The translations under genes and the position numbers were made by a program. A stretch of DNA of 64,000 bases from positions 36,518,001 to 36,582,000 of the forward strand of contig OX597828.1 in NCBI GenBank assembly GCA_951406725.2, given 5' to 3'. Under the pieces are notes generated by a model. It saw only the letters and a program-made list of their open reading frames with translations. It had not been told where the DNA came from and did no database searches. How positions within the stretch are numbered: the first letter of the stretch is position 1; every line of letters starts with the position of its first letter. This document shows positions 39,159 to 52,870 of the stretch, in pieces. Origin of the DNA: Octopus vulgaris (taxonomy: Eukaryota).

Positions 39159-39170
39159 ATGACCATGTGC
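39159..39170 (-). CDS. MAP2K5: candidate MAP2K5 12-nt microexon (AHGH)
   Basis: cactaat branch-like motif, ~25-nt pyrimidine tract, aag|GCA CAT GGT CAT|gtaagt; phase 0-0 between the 30-nt and 33-nt exons. Confidence 0.6.
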
Positions 39171-39843
39171 CTTTTTGGGTACAGGAAGAAAGAAATGAAA
39201 GAAGATGACCATTAGTGAATATATTCTGGACAACATACAGAACAACAAAGCAACAATTATATGACAGAAGAGAGATAGAGGTATATTCTTTTACTTGTTT
39301 CAGTCATTTTGAATGTGGCCATGCTGGAGCACCACCTTTAGTCGAGCAAATTGACCCCAGGACTTATTCTTTGTGAGCCTAGTACTTATTCTATCGGTTT
39401 CTTTTGCCGAACCACTAAGTTACAGGGACATAAACACATCAGCATCAGTTGTCAAGCGATGTTGGGAGGACACACAAACACACACACACATATATATATA
39501 TATATATGTATATATGCGACGGGCTTCTTTCAGTTTCTGTCCGTCTACCAGATCCACTCACAAGGCTTTGGTTGGCCTGAGGCTATAATAGATGGTGCCA
39601 AGCAGTGGGTCTGAACCTGGAACCATGTGGTTGGGAAGCAAGCTACTTACCACACAGCCACTCCTATATATATATATATATACAGTATATATATATATAA
39701 CATAAATTAACATAAACAGCAGTTTGCAATATTTCACAATAAAGAAGAATTATAACTAAATGTGACTAGGGCATTAAAAAACATCTACATTGCTAGAAAT
39801 AAAAGCTAAACCACTCTAACTACAGCATTTATATATATATGAC

Positions 39844-39968
<125 letters not shown>

Positions 39969-40300
39969 TCAATTGTAGTCCCTTCTATTCCTCATAGAGC
40001 ATCAGGCAACTTTATGGTTCCAGTAGCAATTTAAATAACAAAACAAAATTGCTAGTTCTGTAATCTGTCTTCCTGTCTTTGTCATCATTAATATTGAGCT
40101 CTGTGATTCTTATAAAGCAGGGTCACCTCTCTGAGGTTAAGACCCATGAAGACACTGAGCACCTAAAAGAATTTGGTGCCCCCATGTATACGTAATTCAA
40201 AATATAAACAATAATAAGCCAAAAAAATTTTTTAATTTTTTAAAAATGAAACAAAACTAAAATGGAAGATAATGTTTATTCTTGCTAACTTCCACTTTAA

Positions 40301-40608
40301 CCCCTTACCCGGCAGAAACGAATATATGCGTTTTGACCGAAATCGTTTTTTTCTATCTCTGGCGAGTTAACTCGTCAAAAGATAGACTCGCCAAAATCGA
40401 CAGCAAACGAGTTCCTTCGTCTATTAACGGGTAAACTCGTTTCTGCCCAAAGCGGTAATTTAAAATCAATATTATTGAATTAAAATTCATAATAAATAAG
40501 GTTTGAAATATACCTCAAAATCACCATTCAAAACATAGTAAAATAAAACAATTAAAAAATATGTCTGAAAAAATACATTTATTTTCAAAATAATTGTTGG
40601 GTAAGGGG
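40301..40608. mobile_element. piggyBac-type MITE, CpG-rich (young)
   Basis: TTAA|ccccttaccc...gggtaagggg|TTAA. Confidence 0.75.
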
Positions 40609-40733
40609 TTAATTTATACTTGAAAAAGATTTCTTCTGCATTTTTTAATTGCAAAATCTTTGATCAGATCCTCACAATGATACCACGAACACTATGAAAT
40701 TATATTACCTTGGCTATGTTAAACCTCCACCTC

Positions 40734-40772
<39 letters not shown>

Positions 40773-41224
40773 AATAGTCATCACCATCATTTAACGTCTG
40801 TTGTCCATGCTGGCATGGGTTGGACAGTTTGACCAGGGCTGGAAAGCTGAGGAGCTTCACCAGATCCCAGTCTGATTTGGCATGGTTTCTATGGCTGGAT
40901 GCCCTTCTTTATGTCAACCACTCTGAGGGTGCTTTTACATGCCAGCAGCACAGGTGCCATTTGTGTGACACCAGTATCTGCCATGACTATGATTTCACTT
41001 GGCTTGATGGGTCTTCCTTCTCAAGCATGGCATATTCTTTTTTTATTTTTTTAAAATTTTATATTCTAGGCACAAGGCCAAAAATTTTTGGGGAGGGGGC
41101 TGGTTGATTAAATCAACCTCAGTACGCAACTGGTACTTAATTTATCAACCCTGAAAGGATGAAAGGCAAAGTCAACCTCAGCGGAATTTGAATTCAGAAC
41201 GTAAAGACAAACGAAATATTGCTA

Positions 41225-41430
41225 AGCATGTAACCTTCCTGTTATTCCACTGCGCCTCTTGAGTGTCCATTGCTTGCACCTGGTATACCATTTGGAATTC
41301 CTGCTTACACCTTTCCTACATGTCAAGTAGGGCCATTTACCTGAAGCAGGTAAGGTCCTAACTATTTTCTTACTTACTAGAACACTGGTCTTTGTGAAGT
41401 TAACTTTAAGGCCCTTCAATTCTGGGTTTT
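41225..41430 (-). mobile_element. RTE-like LINE fragment
   Basis: GLKVN..KT..LV RT C-terminal motif followed by Cys-rich GKWP...C.KGV..NS....C..W segment. Confidence 0.65.
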
Positions 41431-41449
41431 GCTCTTACACCTGGGGAGG

Positions 41450-41564
<115 letters not shown>

Positions 41565-41636
41565 GAAAGAAAAAATGGAAAGGGAATAAAAAAACTGAAG
41601 ATGTTGAAATTTAAGAGGAAAAAAAAGATAACTTAC

Positions 41637-41666
41637 CAATGAAAATGGAAATTCTCCAGTAGCAAA
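41637..41666 (-). CDS. MAP2K5: MAP2K5 30-nt exon
   Basis: ttctctcctttcag|FATGEFPFSL|gtaagt; aligns to LA.G.FPY motif. Confidence 0.9.
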
Positions 41667-41826
41667 CTGAAAGGAGAGAAATGAGAAAGTGAGAAGAAGA
41701 AAATAGAAGAGATGTGTGTGTGTGTGTGTGGAGAAGGACAATTACTTGGTGATAAAGCAAAAGAAAAAAAAGGCATGACTGAATGAGAAAGACACACACA
41801 CACACATATATACATACACATACATG

Positions 41827-41888
<62 letters not shown>

Positions 41889-42280
41889 CATATACATACA
41901 AATACACATACATATATATAAAATTATGCAGATAGAATTATAATCCAAGCCGTGTTCTCTTGAAGCACATCTGCTTACTTCAACACTCCAAAGTCATATG
42001 TAGATGTTATATTCGTGTGAGGAATTTTGGAGAAAAATTTTTTGGCAGAGTAATTATGTATTAAAACAGGAGATTACAAAAAAAAAAAAAAAAAAAAAAA
42101 ATTGTTATTATTTATTCACCATTACATTTGCTAATAGAAGTTATAAAATTGTACATGTGGGAATAACATGTAAGATATCTCTTATCAGAAATCCTTTAGA
42201 CAGAGAAATAATATTACAAATAATATTACAAAAAATTCTACAAAAGCCATGAATTTTGGATACATAATGCAAAACCTTAC

Positions 42281-42352
42281 CACGAATAAAGTAACACCCA
42301 AACTCCAAACATCTGCTGGCATGCCATATTCCTTGGCCTGAAGACGTTCAGG
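42281..42352 (-). CDS. MAP2K5: MAP2K5 exon, APE to alphaF
   Basis: ttcag|PERLQAKEYGMPADVWSLGVTLFV|gtaagg; 72 nt. Confidence 0.95.
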
Positions 42353-43518
42353 CTGAAGAGAGAAATTACATAATGCAGTCATTCATAAAAAAAAAATTCA
42401 AAAAGTAATGTAATAACAGCAAAAGTCTTCAGGGAAGAATAATGGCCAGCAGAATCTCTTATCATCGTGGAAATAAATATTTTAGACTTAGAAATAGTTG
42501 TAAAGGGTTTTGAATTGTGTGTAATAAGTTTTATGGAAGCTTGAAGCTTCTCTTGTATGTATATATATATATATATATATATTCTTTTATTCCTTTACTT
42601 GTTTCAGTCATTTGACTGCAACCATGCTGGAGCACAGCCTTTTGTTGAACAAATCAACCCCAGGACTTGTTCTTAGTAAGCATAGTAAACACACCAACAC
42701 CGGTTGTCAAGTGATGGTGGGGTGGGGGCAAACACAGACACACAAATATATACATACATACATATATATTTATACATGAAAAAGCACCCACTACACTCAC
42801 GGAGTGGTTGGCGTTAGAAAGGGCAAGGGCATGCCAGATAAGACTGGAGCCTGGTGCAGCCTTCTGGCTTCCCAGATCCCCGGTCGAACCGTCCAACCCA
42901 TGCTAGCATGGAGAACAGACGTTAAACGATGATGATGATGATATACAATGGGCTTTTTTTAGTTTCTGTCTACCAAATCCACTTACAAGGCTTTGGTTAG
43001 TTTGCAACTATAGCAGAAGACTATTGCCCAAGGTGCCATGCAGGGTACTGAACCTGGAATCATGTGGTTGGAAAGCAAGCTTCTTACCACACAGCCATGC
43101 CTGTGCCTATATATATATAATTTTAATGATAAAGTCAAACCAAATAGTAATATTTAGAAATCATTTATTACATGTGTTTCAGGTTTGCATGAAATATAAT
43201 AGGAAAGGCATCCATTACGTAAACCTTCCTCAGTTGAAGCATGTCAAATTATTGGTATTATATCTTTTCGCATATTATATATCATGCAAACCCGAAATGT
43301 GTGTATTAAATTATTTCAAAATATTGTTATTTGGTTTGACTTCATTATTATCACTTAAATAACTTGGCATGCTAACAATTCTTCCAGCTCTCTGTCTTTA
43401 GTATATTTAAAATATTGCCAATAAATATAACAATCAACCTGTAGACTTCCATTATTCAAAACTTAAAACATTTTATTTTATGATAAAATGAATGGGTAAA
43501 CATATACATGACACACTC

Positions 43519-43524
43519 AGATAA

Positions 43525-43555
<31 letters not shown>

Positions 43556-43739
43556 CAGGGGGTAGATAGATAGATAGATAGATAGGTAGATACAGAGACA
43601 GAGAAGCCAACAAATAGAGATAGACAGATAGATAGATATATAGATAGATAGATAGATGGATAAATAGGTAGATAGATAGATGCATAAATAGATAGAGAGA
43701 GAGATAGATAGATGGATAGATAGATAGATAGATGGATAA

Positions 43740-43770
<31 letters not shown>
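43519..43770. repeat. (GATA)n tetranucleotide array
   Basis: direct reading, degenerate units. Confidence 0.95.
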
Positions 43771-44064
43771 TGCACATACCTACATTTTTACTTTGTATGT
43801 ATATTTATTGGTGTGAAGAGAATAATCTTCAAATGCCTTCATACGTACACATATATACACAGTCTCTCTTTTTCACACACATTTGACCGGTCAATAACAA
43901 ATGTATTCACTGACAAGTGGTAGATGCTAAGCGCTGGAACAGACTGGGGAAACAGATGTAAAATGATGTTGATGAGGATGATGCTAATGACGACAATGAT
44001 GTTGATGCTAATGATGACACTGATGATGATGCAATGTATAGAAGCACAATAAAATAGTACTTAC

Positions 44065-44115
44065 TGCCATGTAGGCATTTGTTCCCACATAGGTTGTGGC
44101 AATTGATTCCACCAG
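44065..44115 (-). CDS. MAP2K5: MAP2K5 exon, activation loop
   Basis: tacag|LVESIATTYVGTNAYMA|gtaagt; S-x-x-x-T phospho-acceptor motif, YVGTNAYMA typical of MEK5. Confidence 0.96.
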
Positions 44116-47100
44116 CTGTAAAAATATTAAAAAATCGGAAACTAAAAAACACTGTTTAATCCTACAATAATTAAGTGCAGACCTAACATACCCAATGGAA
44201 TAATTAGCAGCCTCCAAACGTTTTCCTAAAATGTTTAACCAATTAAAATTGCACCCATCATGAAGAGAACTTTTCATGATTAATTCTCATTAAAACTGAT
44301 AAGGGGAGAAAACTCTGAAAAGCGAAATTTATAAAAAAAAATTTGCTAACGCACAAGTAAGGTAGCCATGTGGTAAGAAGTTCCCCAACCATGTGGGTTT
44401 GAGTTCATTCCCACTGCACAACACCTTGGGCATGTGTTTTCCACTAAAGCCCTGGTTGTCAACATCTGTTTGATGGGCTCCAGTGTCAGCGTCGGCAAAG
44501 TTTCTATGGTTGGTGGTCCTTCCTAATGCCAACCACTTTAGAGATTATATTGGGTGTTTTTGTTTTTGTTTTTCCATGAGACCCGTGCTAGGGAGATCAT
44601 CAAGTAACTTGCAAGACAAGATCCCTCAATAGAACTGAGGTGCAATATTGAGGGACAGTGACAGTCACTGTATTGAGAGGCTAAAGTATGATAAAGGGAC
44701 AAGATCAGGTGCAATTAACATCACAGGAAAACATTGAAAAATAATATAAAATAAGCAAAATTAGAACAACAATATTTTTTTTTACATATATAAGGCATGA
44801 AATATAAGACTTTAAGCATAGGGGAATTGGGAAGTTGTGATGTTTAAGCCTTTCCCATGAGCATTAGCAGCTGAGTCAAATGAGATATGTAGGGCACTTG
44901 GTTACCTTCTTATCTTCAAAATCCAGGGCTATTATGTAATACAACAACAATAACAACAACAGCAATGACAACAACAAAATCAAAAACATTTAGAAAATAG
45001 AAAGAAAATAAGCAATTATTGACCCCTTCCATAAAACAACAAAGCATTTTGTTTCTGTTCCTAATGGAAAAACAACACCAAAAGAAAACTCCAAAATTTC
45101 ACAAAATAAAAGAAAAACGGAATCACCAAGCAAATAAATACAAAAAGTGAAAGAGGTGGATGGAAAATTAAGGCTTTTATATTTTAACCAATTGAGAGGT
45201 CAATGGGTCATATGATGTCCTCGTGCAGTTTTTCAATCAGTAAGAAGCACATTTAAACTGTTTGACAGATGACTGAGGAGGTCCCAAGGAACCCCAAGGT
45301 TTGCTGAAAAAATTCTGAGGTTCTACAAGATAATCATTAAGGTGTCTTTTAATATAATTTAATGAATTTAATAATAAGTTATTATATGTTTTATTTTTTA
45401 CATAAATGGATTCACTTTCAAAGCCCCCTTGACTAGTGGGGGTGGTGGTGGAGTGGTATTGAGGGCAGAATAATAGAGGAATAGAGACAGGTGTTTTGCT
45501 GTAGAAGAGATGCAAGGATACCCCAGTTGGAGAAAAAGAGACTTAGAAAAAAATATGACTAATGAAATTTGGTCATCTAGACTGGATAGTGTAGGACTTG
45601 AACTGACAGTCTTAGAGGTATAATGACCAATGAAGCTGGCCAAATGTACCTGGGCTGAATAGAATAAGCTAGTACATTATGATAGTAATCAGATCTACCA
45701 TGGATCATTTCACACTGGGAGTTGCTGTTGTCATTGTTTAGCACCAGGTCAGCTCTAATCAGACGACGTTCCAACCACGACTATCTTGTCTGTTTTTGTT
45801 TTTCAGATGCAGTCTTTCTAGGATCACATTATGCAATGCATTTGTTGTATAGTTTTAAGGTAGTAGGACGTGATTCAAGGGAGATTTGGCTGCTGTTTCT
45901 AGCAGGTGAACCATGTAGTGACTCCTTCATTATCATTATATGATGTTGAGGTTTATCCCCCAAGTCAAGCCTGAACATATGTACGACCAAAGACATTCCA
46001 GTGATGGCTATCATGTCTTCTCGGTCTCTATGATGACAGTGTCCAACATGTTCTTTCTTTTATTGAAAATGGTAGGTGTGTAGTTGGAAATATGAAATAA
46101 AAACCATAAATCAAGTAGCTTAGCGATCAGAAGATGATTGGCTCATGATTGAAAGGCTGTAAGTTCGATTCCTGGTGGCACACTGTCAATGAACAGGACA
46201 CTTTATTTCATGCATCTTCTGTCCACTCAGCTGGCAAAAATGAGTTGCACCCGTAATTCAAAGCACCAGCCTGACCACATTCTGTATCACACTGAATCTC
46301 CCTGAGAATTACATTAAAGGTATGCATGTTTATGGAGTACTCAACCACTTGTATGTTAATTTCAGGAGCAGTCTGTTCCACTGATCCGATCAACTGCTTT
46401 TTGCTATTTAATCCGAGAGGGAGATTTGGCTGCTATTTCTAGCAAGTGGAGTTACCACCTTGAGGCTCTATTGTTAGCCTATCATTATCATTACCAACAA
46501 AATGCCAGCATATTTTTTCTAACCATAGTGAGTTCACAGCTGTATCCTACACCACTTTCACATAACCAGCCCCAGCCCTTCCAAAAGTACCTTAGATCAT
46601 AGGATGACCTGCTGTGCTTGAGGAGACCTATTGAGTCAAGTCAAATGGAAATTGTAGTTGTGATACCCATGCCGGTGGCATGTAAAAGGCACCAACTCCT
46701 TTGTCCCCTGTGGCCGTTGCCAGCCTCCTCTGGCCCCTGAGCCAGTGGAATGTAAAAAGCACCCACTACACTCACAGAGTGGTTGGTGTTAGGAAGGGCA
46801 TCAAGCTGTAGAAACACTGCCAGATTAGAATGGAGCCTGGTGCAGCCTCCTGGCTTCCAAGACCCCAGTTGAATTGTCCAACCCATGCTAGCATGGAAAA
46901 CGGACATTAAACAATGATGATGATGATGAGATCCATTGTAATTTGAACTAAGATTAACCCAAGAATCTCTGAGATTGTGACAATATGCTCAAAAATCCAG
47001 TGAAAAGCAAATCTACAAAAAAACTCTGATCAAGGCAAGAAAAAAAAATCATATGCAATATATGATTCAGTATACTCGTGTTTTACCTTTGTTTTTTTTT

Positions 47101-47296
47101 TGTCTTTATTCATTGCCTTGTTTTGTTTTGTTCCTTCTAGCTTTTTGCTATTTAATCTGAGGGAGATTTGGCTGCTATTTCTAGCAAGTGGAGTTACCAC
47201 CTTAAGGCTCTATTGTTAGCCTATCATTATCATTATGTTGATGATGAGGGTACTTTTGTGAATGAGTAGTGACAGACAGAAAAGAAAGATAAAATG

Positions 47297-47338
<42 letters not shown>

Positions 47339-48143
47339 CAGACATACATATAAAACCTGAAATTTACTCTAAACCATCTTACCTTTAATTTTACCATCAT
47401 CCAAATTGCTGCATTTAAGAGGGGAAAAAGATAAAAAAGCAATAAAAAACATGAATAAATATATTTTTGTCTTTCATTTGCCTTCCATTAAAAAAAAATT
47501 CTATTAAATAGTTTTTCAAAATGTCAAACAAAAAAAAATTGGAAGACATCAATCTTTACTAAAATTCCTTAATTAAATGCAGATCTTCGTTAATTGAAAT
47601 CCCTCTTGATAAAGGTGAGTGGGGTGGTGGAGGAAAAGATAACTTTAAGAGTGGGTGCAACATTGCATGAGTATGTGGTAGTGAGGTCTCTTTCTCAGCC
47701 AGGTGGCCCCTGTTTTGATTTCATTGTGTGGTACCTCAACTAAATATCTTCTACCGCAATCTCCAGATAATTATAGCCTCGAGACTGAAATATGGTAATT
47801 GGAAACCGTGTGGAAGAACACTGTATGTATGCTACACATCGCTGGTCACAATACGCTTCGCATTGTTTTTTAGCTTTCAAATGATGCCACCCTGCTGGCT
47901 AAGCGAGCAGGCCAACAGAAGAAAGAGTGAGAGAAATTTGTGGCAAAAGAGTACAGCAATGATTGCCACCACCCCCTGCCGGAGCCTCATGGAGTTTTAG
48001 GTGTTTTCGCTCAATAAATACTCACAATGCTCGGTCTGGGAATCGAAACCGCGATCCTACGACTGCCAGCCCACTGCCAGCCCACTGCTCTAACCACTAG
48101 GCCATTGCGTCTCCACACATATATATATATAGATACATACATA

Positions 48144-49379
48144 CAGGGTGCATAAAATATTTGAGGACATACCATTTTTGGGTCATTGCTGCATTTTTTG
48201 CTAACTATATAGTCTTTTGTTTAAAAAAATAATAATGGCAGACCATCAGCTTCCTCAGGAAATGAAGAGGCATGCTGTTATCATAGCTTTAAAGGTTGAG
48301 CATAACGGTTTAGAAATATCTCAATTTTTAAAAGTTGCCAGATCTTTTGTCTACAAAGTTCGTAAGGAGTTAGAGACTGAAAATAGAAACATATCATCAG
48401 TATCAAAGCATAAAAAGCATTCTTGATGCTCTGAAATCATCAGAACATTTGAATTTATCCAGCAAGTTCAACAGACCATTGATTACAATCCTAAAAATTC
48501 CATGAGGTCAATTGCAAAAGATCTCCATGTTTCAGCAGGAACAATCAGAAATGTTGTCCATGAAGACATCAGATATAAGTCTTATACGGTGAGGAAAGGT
48601 CAGTTTATGTTAGAAAAAGCAAAAGCAAACCACATCAGATCTAAAAGGCTCTTAAACAAACTGAAAAATTCAGCAGATTTAATTTGGTTTTTCTCAAACA
48701 AGAAAAACTTTTACCAAGACCAAAAAGTTAACAGAAGAAATGACAGATGGTTGTGTGTAGGTTCTTCTGAAGTTCCAAGAGTTATGTATTTAAAATTTCC
48801 TGCAATTGTCATGGTTTCAGGGGCTGTCAGCAATGAAGAACATGTCTCCTTACCTCTTTCCAAAAGGCCTTGGAGTTAACTGTCACTTACACTGAGGTCC
48901 TGGAAACAGTTGTTAAGCCCTGGATAAACAGGGTACACAATGAAGGGCAGCAAGTGTTTCAGCAAGACTCTGCACTGTTACACAAGGCTCAAGTAATGCA
49001 GGAGTGGATGGCTGAAAATTTTCATAATCATATAAACCCTAACATTTGGCCTCATAATTCCCCAGATCTCAATCCACTGAACTATTACATGTGGAGCATT
49101 GTTGAGATAGAGGTCAATGAACACAACCATAACACCAAAGATTCTTTGAAAGCTGCCATAGACAGAGTAAGGTCCAAAATGAACCAGGAACACTTGAATT
49201 GGAAATGTAGACGATTATGATCTCATACAGAAGCAGTTATTGAAGCTGAAGGTGGCTTTATTGAATAACATTATAGAAAAGACAGGTTATTTTAATCCTC
49301 ATAATAAAGTTATTGTTTGTTATTGTAAATCTGTTTTTTAATGAAAATAAATCTGTCCTCAAATGTTTTACACACCCTG
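48144..49379 (+). mobile_element. Tc1/mariner DD37D (maT-type) transposon with decayed transposase (~48234-49268)
   Basis: TIRs CAGGGTG..aaaatatttgaggaca / tgtcctcaaatgtttta..CACCCTG; motifs WFFS(N)KKNF, VFQQDSA..H, WP.NSPDLNPL(N)Y with 37 residues between second D and third acidic position. Confidence 0.9.
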
Positions 49380-50622
49380 CATATATAATTATTATTCAAA
49401 GCAGTTTGATTTGACCCCCATGCAACTTAACAAAAGCCTAGCTTGTGAGGTACAGGCAGCTACCTGAGCCTGACGAACAAGGTTTCTGTAAGGAGCCTAA
49501 GAACTATGAAACTTCAACTGTTTTAAATAATAATACATGTAACCCCTACTAAATGTGTTGAGTGCCCCTTTTCTTTCGTTTGTCCATTCATAAGCTGATT
49601 TCATATCTGACATTCATTACTACGTAAAAAGCACCATCCGAATCGTGGCCGAAGCCAGTGCCACCTCAACTGGCTTCCGTGCAGGTGGCACGTAAAATGC
49701 ACCAATCCGAACGTGGCTGATGCCAGCCTCGCCTGGCACCAGTGCAGGTGGCACGTAAAAAGCACCCACTACACTCACGGAGTGGTTGGCGTTAGGAAGG
49801 GCATCCAGCTATAGAAACATTGCCAGATAAGACCGGAGCCTGGTGCAGCCTTCTGGCTTCCCAGATCCGCGGTTGAACCGTCCAACCCATGCTAGCATGG
49901 AGAACAGACGTTAAACGATGATGATGATGATGATGATTACTAAAGGCTAATTTTAATCTAGATGGTCTCCTCTACCAAGCCTGACACGGTAATTATAATA
50001 TTTACTAGTAGTAATATTTTCAGTTATAGCTAAGGTACTTTTGTGGATTGCTTTTAAAATTGGTTTCAAATTTTGGTACAAGGCCTGCAATTTTTGGGGA
50101 GGGGTTAAGTCGATTACATCAAACCCGGTGCTCAACTTACACTTAATTTATTGATCTTGAAAGAATGGAAAGCAAAGTCAACTTGGCAGAATTTGAACTT
50201 AGAATGTAAAGAGAGATGAAATGCTGCTACAGATTTTGGCTAACAATTCTGCTATGTTAACGATTCTACTGTGTTAACGATTCTGCTATGTTAACGATTC
50301 TTGTTGCCTTGATTGCTTTAAATATTACTTGCTTCTGAGCACTAAAACCCTTTTTTCCTAAATAGGCACCACAGAAATTGCATCCAATATATTTATGTAT
50401 CTTTTATGGCATCAAATGCAATATTAATCCTGAGATGGGAACAATCGGTTAGGGAGAGAAAAAAACAAATATTAAAAACATAAAGCATGGAACTTTAGAA
50501 GTGGTCAGGTAGAAGAATGTAAGGATGTGGCACCTGTAAACAGAAAAAGAGAGAAAAATACAACAAAAACAACAAACTTAGAAGCAAAAATAAAAATGAA
50601 ATAAAGCATATATTTTTGTTAC

Positions 50623-50696
50623 CTGGGTGCTTACACCAAAATCACATAGCTTCACTTCTCCTTTGGAATTGACAAGGATATTAGATGGTTTCACAT
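50623..50696 (-). CDS. MAP2K5: MAP2K5 exon, catalytic loop and DFG
   Basis: cacag|(D)[24 protein letters not shown]|gtaaca; 74 nt. Confidence 0.97.
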
Positions 50697-52002
50697 CTGT
50701 GGAGAAACAGAAAGTAAAACAATGATATGGTTAATCCACCTTGCAACATAAGGAGCATAAGGCTGGTTTCCTGGTTTGTCTGGACTATACGTTCCATCCT
50801 GGATGGGACGCCCGTACATTGCAGGATTACTCCCTGTTACCAGCTGAGTGGACTGGAGCAATGTAAAATGAAGTGGTTTGCTCAAGAACACGTGTTGCCT
50901 GGTCCAGGAAATGAAACCACAATCTTATGATTATGAGTCCAACACACTAACCACTAAGCCATGCACCTCCACAAAAAGCAAACGTGAAAAAAAGACAATG
51001 ACATGAAATTCTACAAAAGGCAAAAGTTTTCTAAGTTGGAAGAGGAGGTATACACTTGATTTGACTGATCCCAGTACACAAACATTTTTAACAACCTAGG
51101 AAGGATGAAAGGAAAAGTGAGGCCTGGTGAGATTTGATGCCAGAACATAAAGATATGCAAATTAAATGCCATAAAATATTTTAATTATTAGTCTACTGAT
51201 TAAACTCTTTCTTACATAGGCTTAGAGACCATGCCAAAGCTGACGTTTGCTGTTCAACTTGGCCTTTTGGCCCATTGGATCTTGTCAAACCATCCGATCC
51301 ATACCAGCATGGAAAGTGGATGGTGAATGATGATGGTGATGATGACAATGATGATAATGATGAAAGCCAGCTGCAGAATCTGAGACTTAAAGGAATAACA
51401 TAGTGTAACAAAACTTTCATTTTTGTTTGTCTTCGGTCAATAAGTCTTATTTCCTATTTGTTTCTTTTTGGAAATCAAGGAAATGACTACCATTCCCTTC
51501 ACTTCAATTCATTTTGACATATGAGTGTTTGAATGAAAGAATTAAAAAAGAGAAAAAGGAAGAAAGGATTAAAAAGTAAAAGAAGCTGCATTTATTTGTG
51601 ATGGATTTTGCTAAATAGTTGCAATGGAGATAATAATGATTTTGATTTTCAACAAATGTGTCTGTCAATTGCTGAATATAATTCTTTATTGTTTTGTTTC
51701 TTCAACTAAAATTGCTACCTAACTCAGATACCAGGAAACCCAAAACTGGCAGAAATTCAAAAGATAATGCTCATGGGAACTGCTCATATCCTACGCAAAA
51801 TACTTTCTATGTAATCTCAAGTTTTAAAACAAACATAATTTTCGTATGGTTTTTTAGGCATTCACTAGTACAACACTAAGTACAAAACCAAATATATGGC
51901 ACCCTAGGCATAACACCAATATGAACTTCCAACTTGTAGTCTCTTGAGGTCTCTGGGTGAGACTTGGAGCCAGTTTGTGCAAATGTAAAGCAAAACTCAA
52001 AC

Positions 52003-52061
<59 letters not shown>

Positions 52062-52576
52062 GTGCATGCATATACAGCTGTGTATGTGCACACATACACG
52101 CGAGTACAGTCCAAATCTCCAACCAATCACATAAAGCTAGCTGGCATTCAATTGGCGTATCAAGTTTCGGGCATTTTGATTGGGATTTGGATAGAAAATT
52201 CACAAAAAAGTCACTTATATTGATTTTTTAATGGCTTTGCGGGGTGACTGGGGAAATGCAAAGATGTGCACGACCACCCTTGGACGGTTTTGAATGACCA
52301 TAGAAAGTGCGAGCCCTCTAACTGAAAATTGTGGATTTGTATAAAGGATACACACACATACAGACAGACATTTTGCCGTTTATATATATATATATATATA
52401 GAGATAATAATAATCCTTTCTTCTATAGGCACAAGGCCTGAAATTTGTAGGGAGGGGACAGTAGATCACATCAACCTCAGTACTTGACTGGTACTGAATT
52501 TATCAACCCTGAAAGGATGAAAGGCTAAATTGACTTTGGTGGAATAATAATAATAATAATAATGATGATGATAATG

Positions 52577-52628
<52 letters not shown>

Positions 52629-52870
52629 GTTATTAGATTGACACAAGTCCAGAAATTTTATGGTGAGAGAACAGTTGATAATATTAATCTTATTTCTTGA
52701 CTGATATGAATTTTATTGACCCATAAGGATCAAAAGCGAAGTTAATCATGGTAGGATTTGATCTCTGTATATAAAGGGTTGTAACTAAATACCACAAGGC
52801 ATTTTATGCAGTTCTCTAACAATTCTATCAAGTTTTGACACATGCATAAGAAGATTGAAAAGGACTTTAC

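Noticed and set aside
40700-40730. Possible extra MAP2K5 microexon (tag|CCAAG|gtaat on -)
   Set aside because: 5 nt is out of frame and upstream sequence is purine-rich (GA repeat), with no pyrimidine tract
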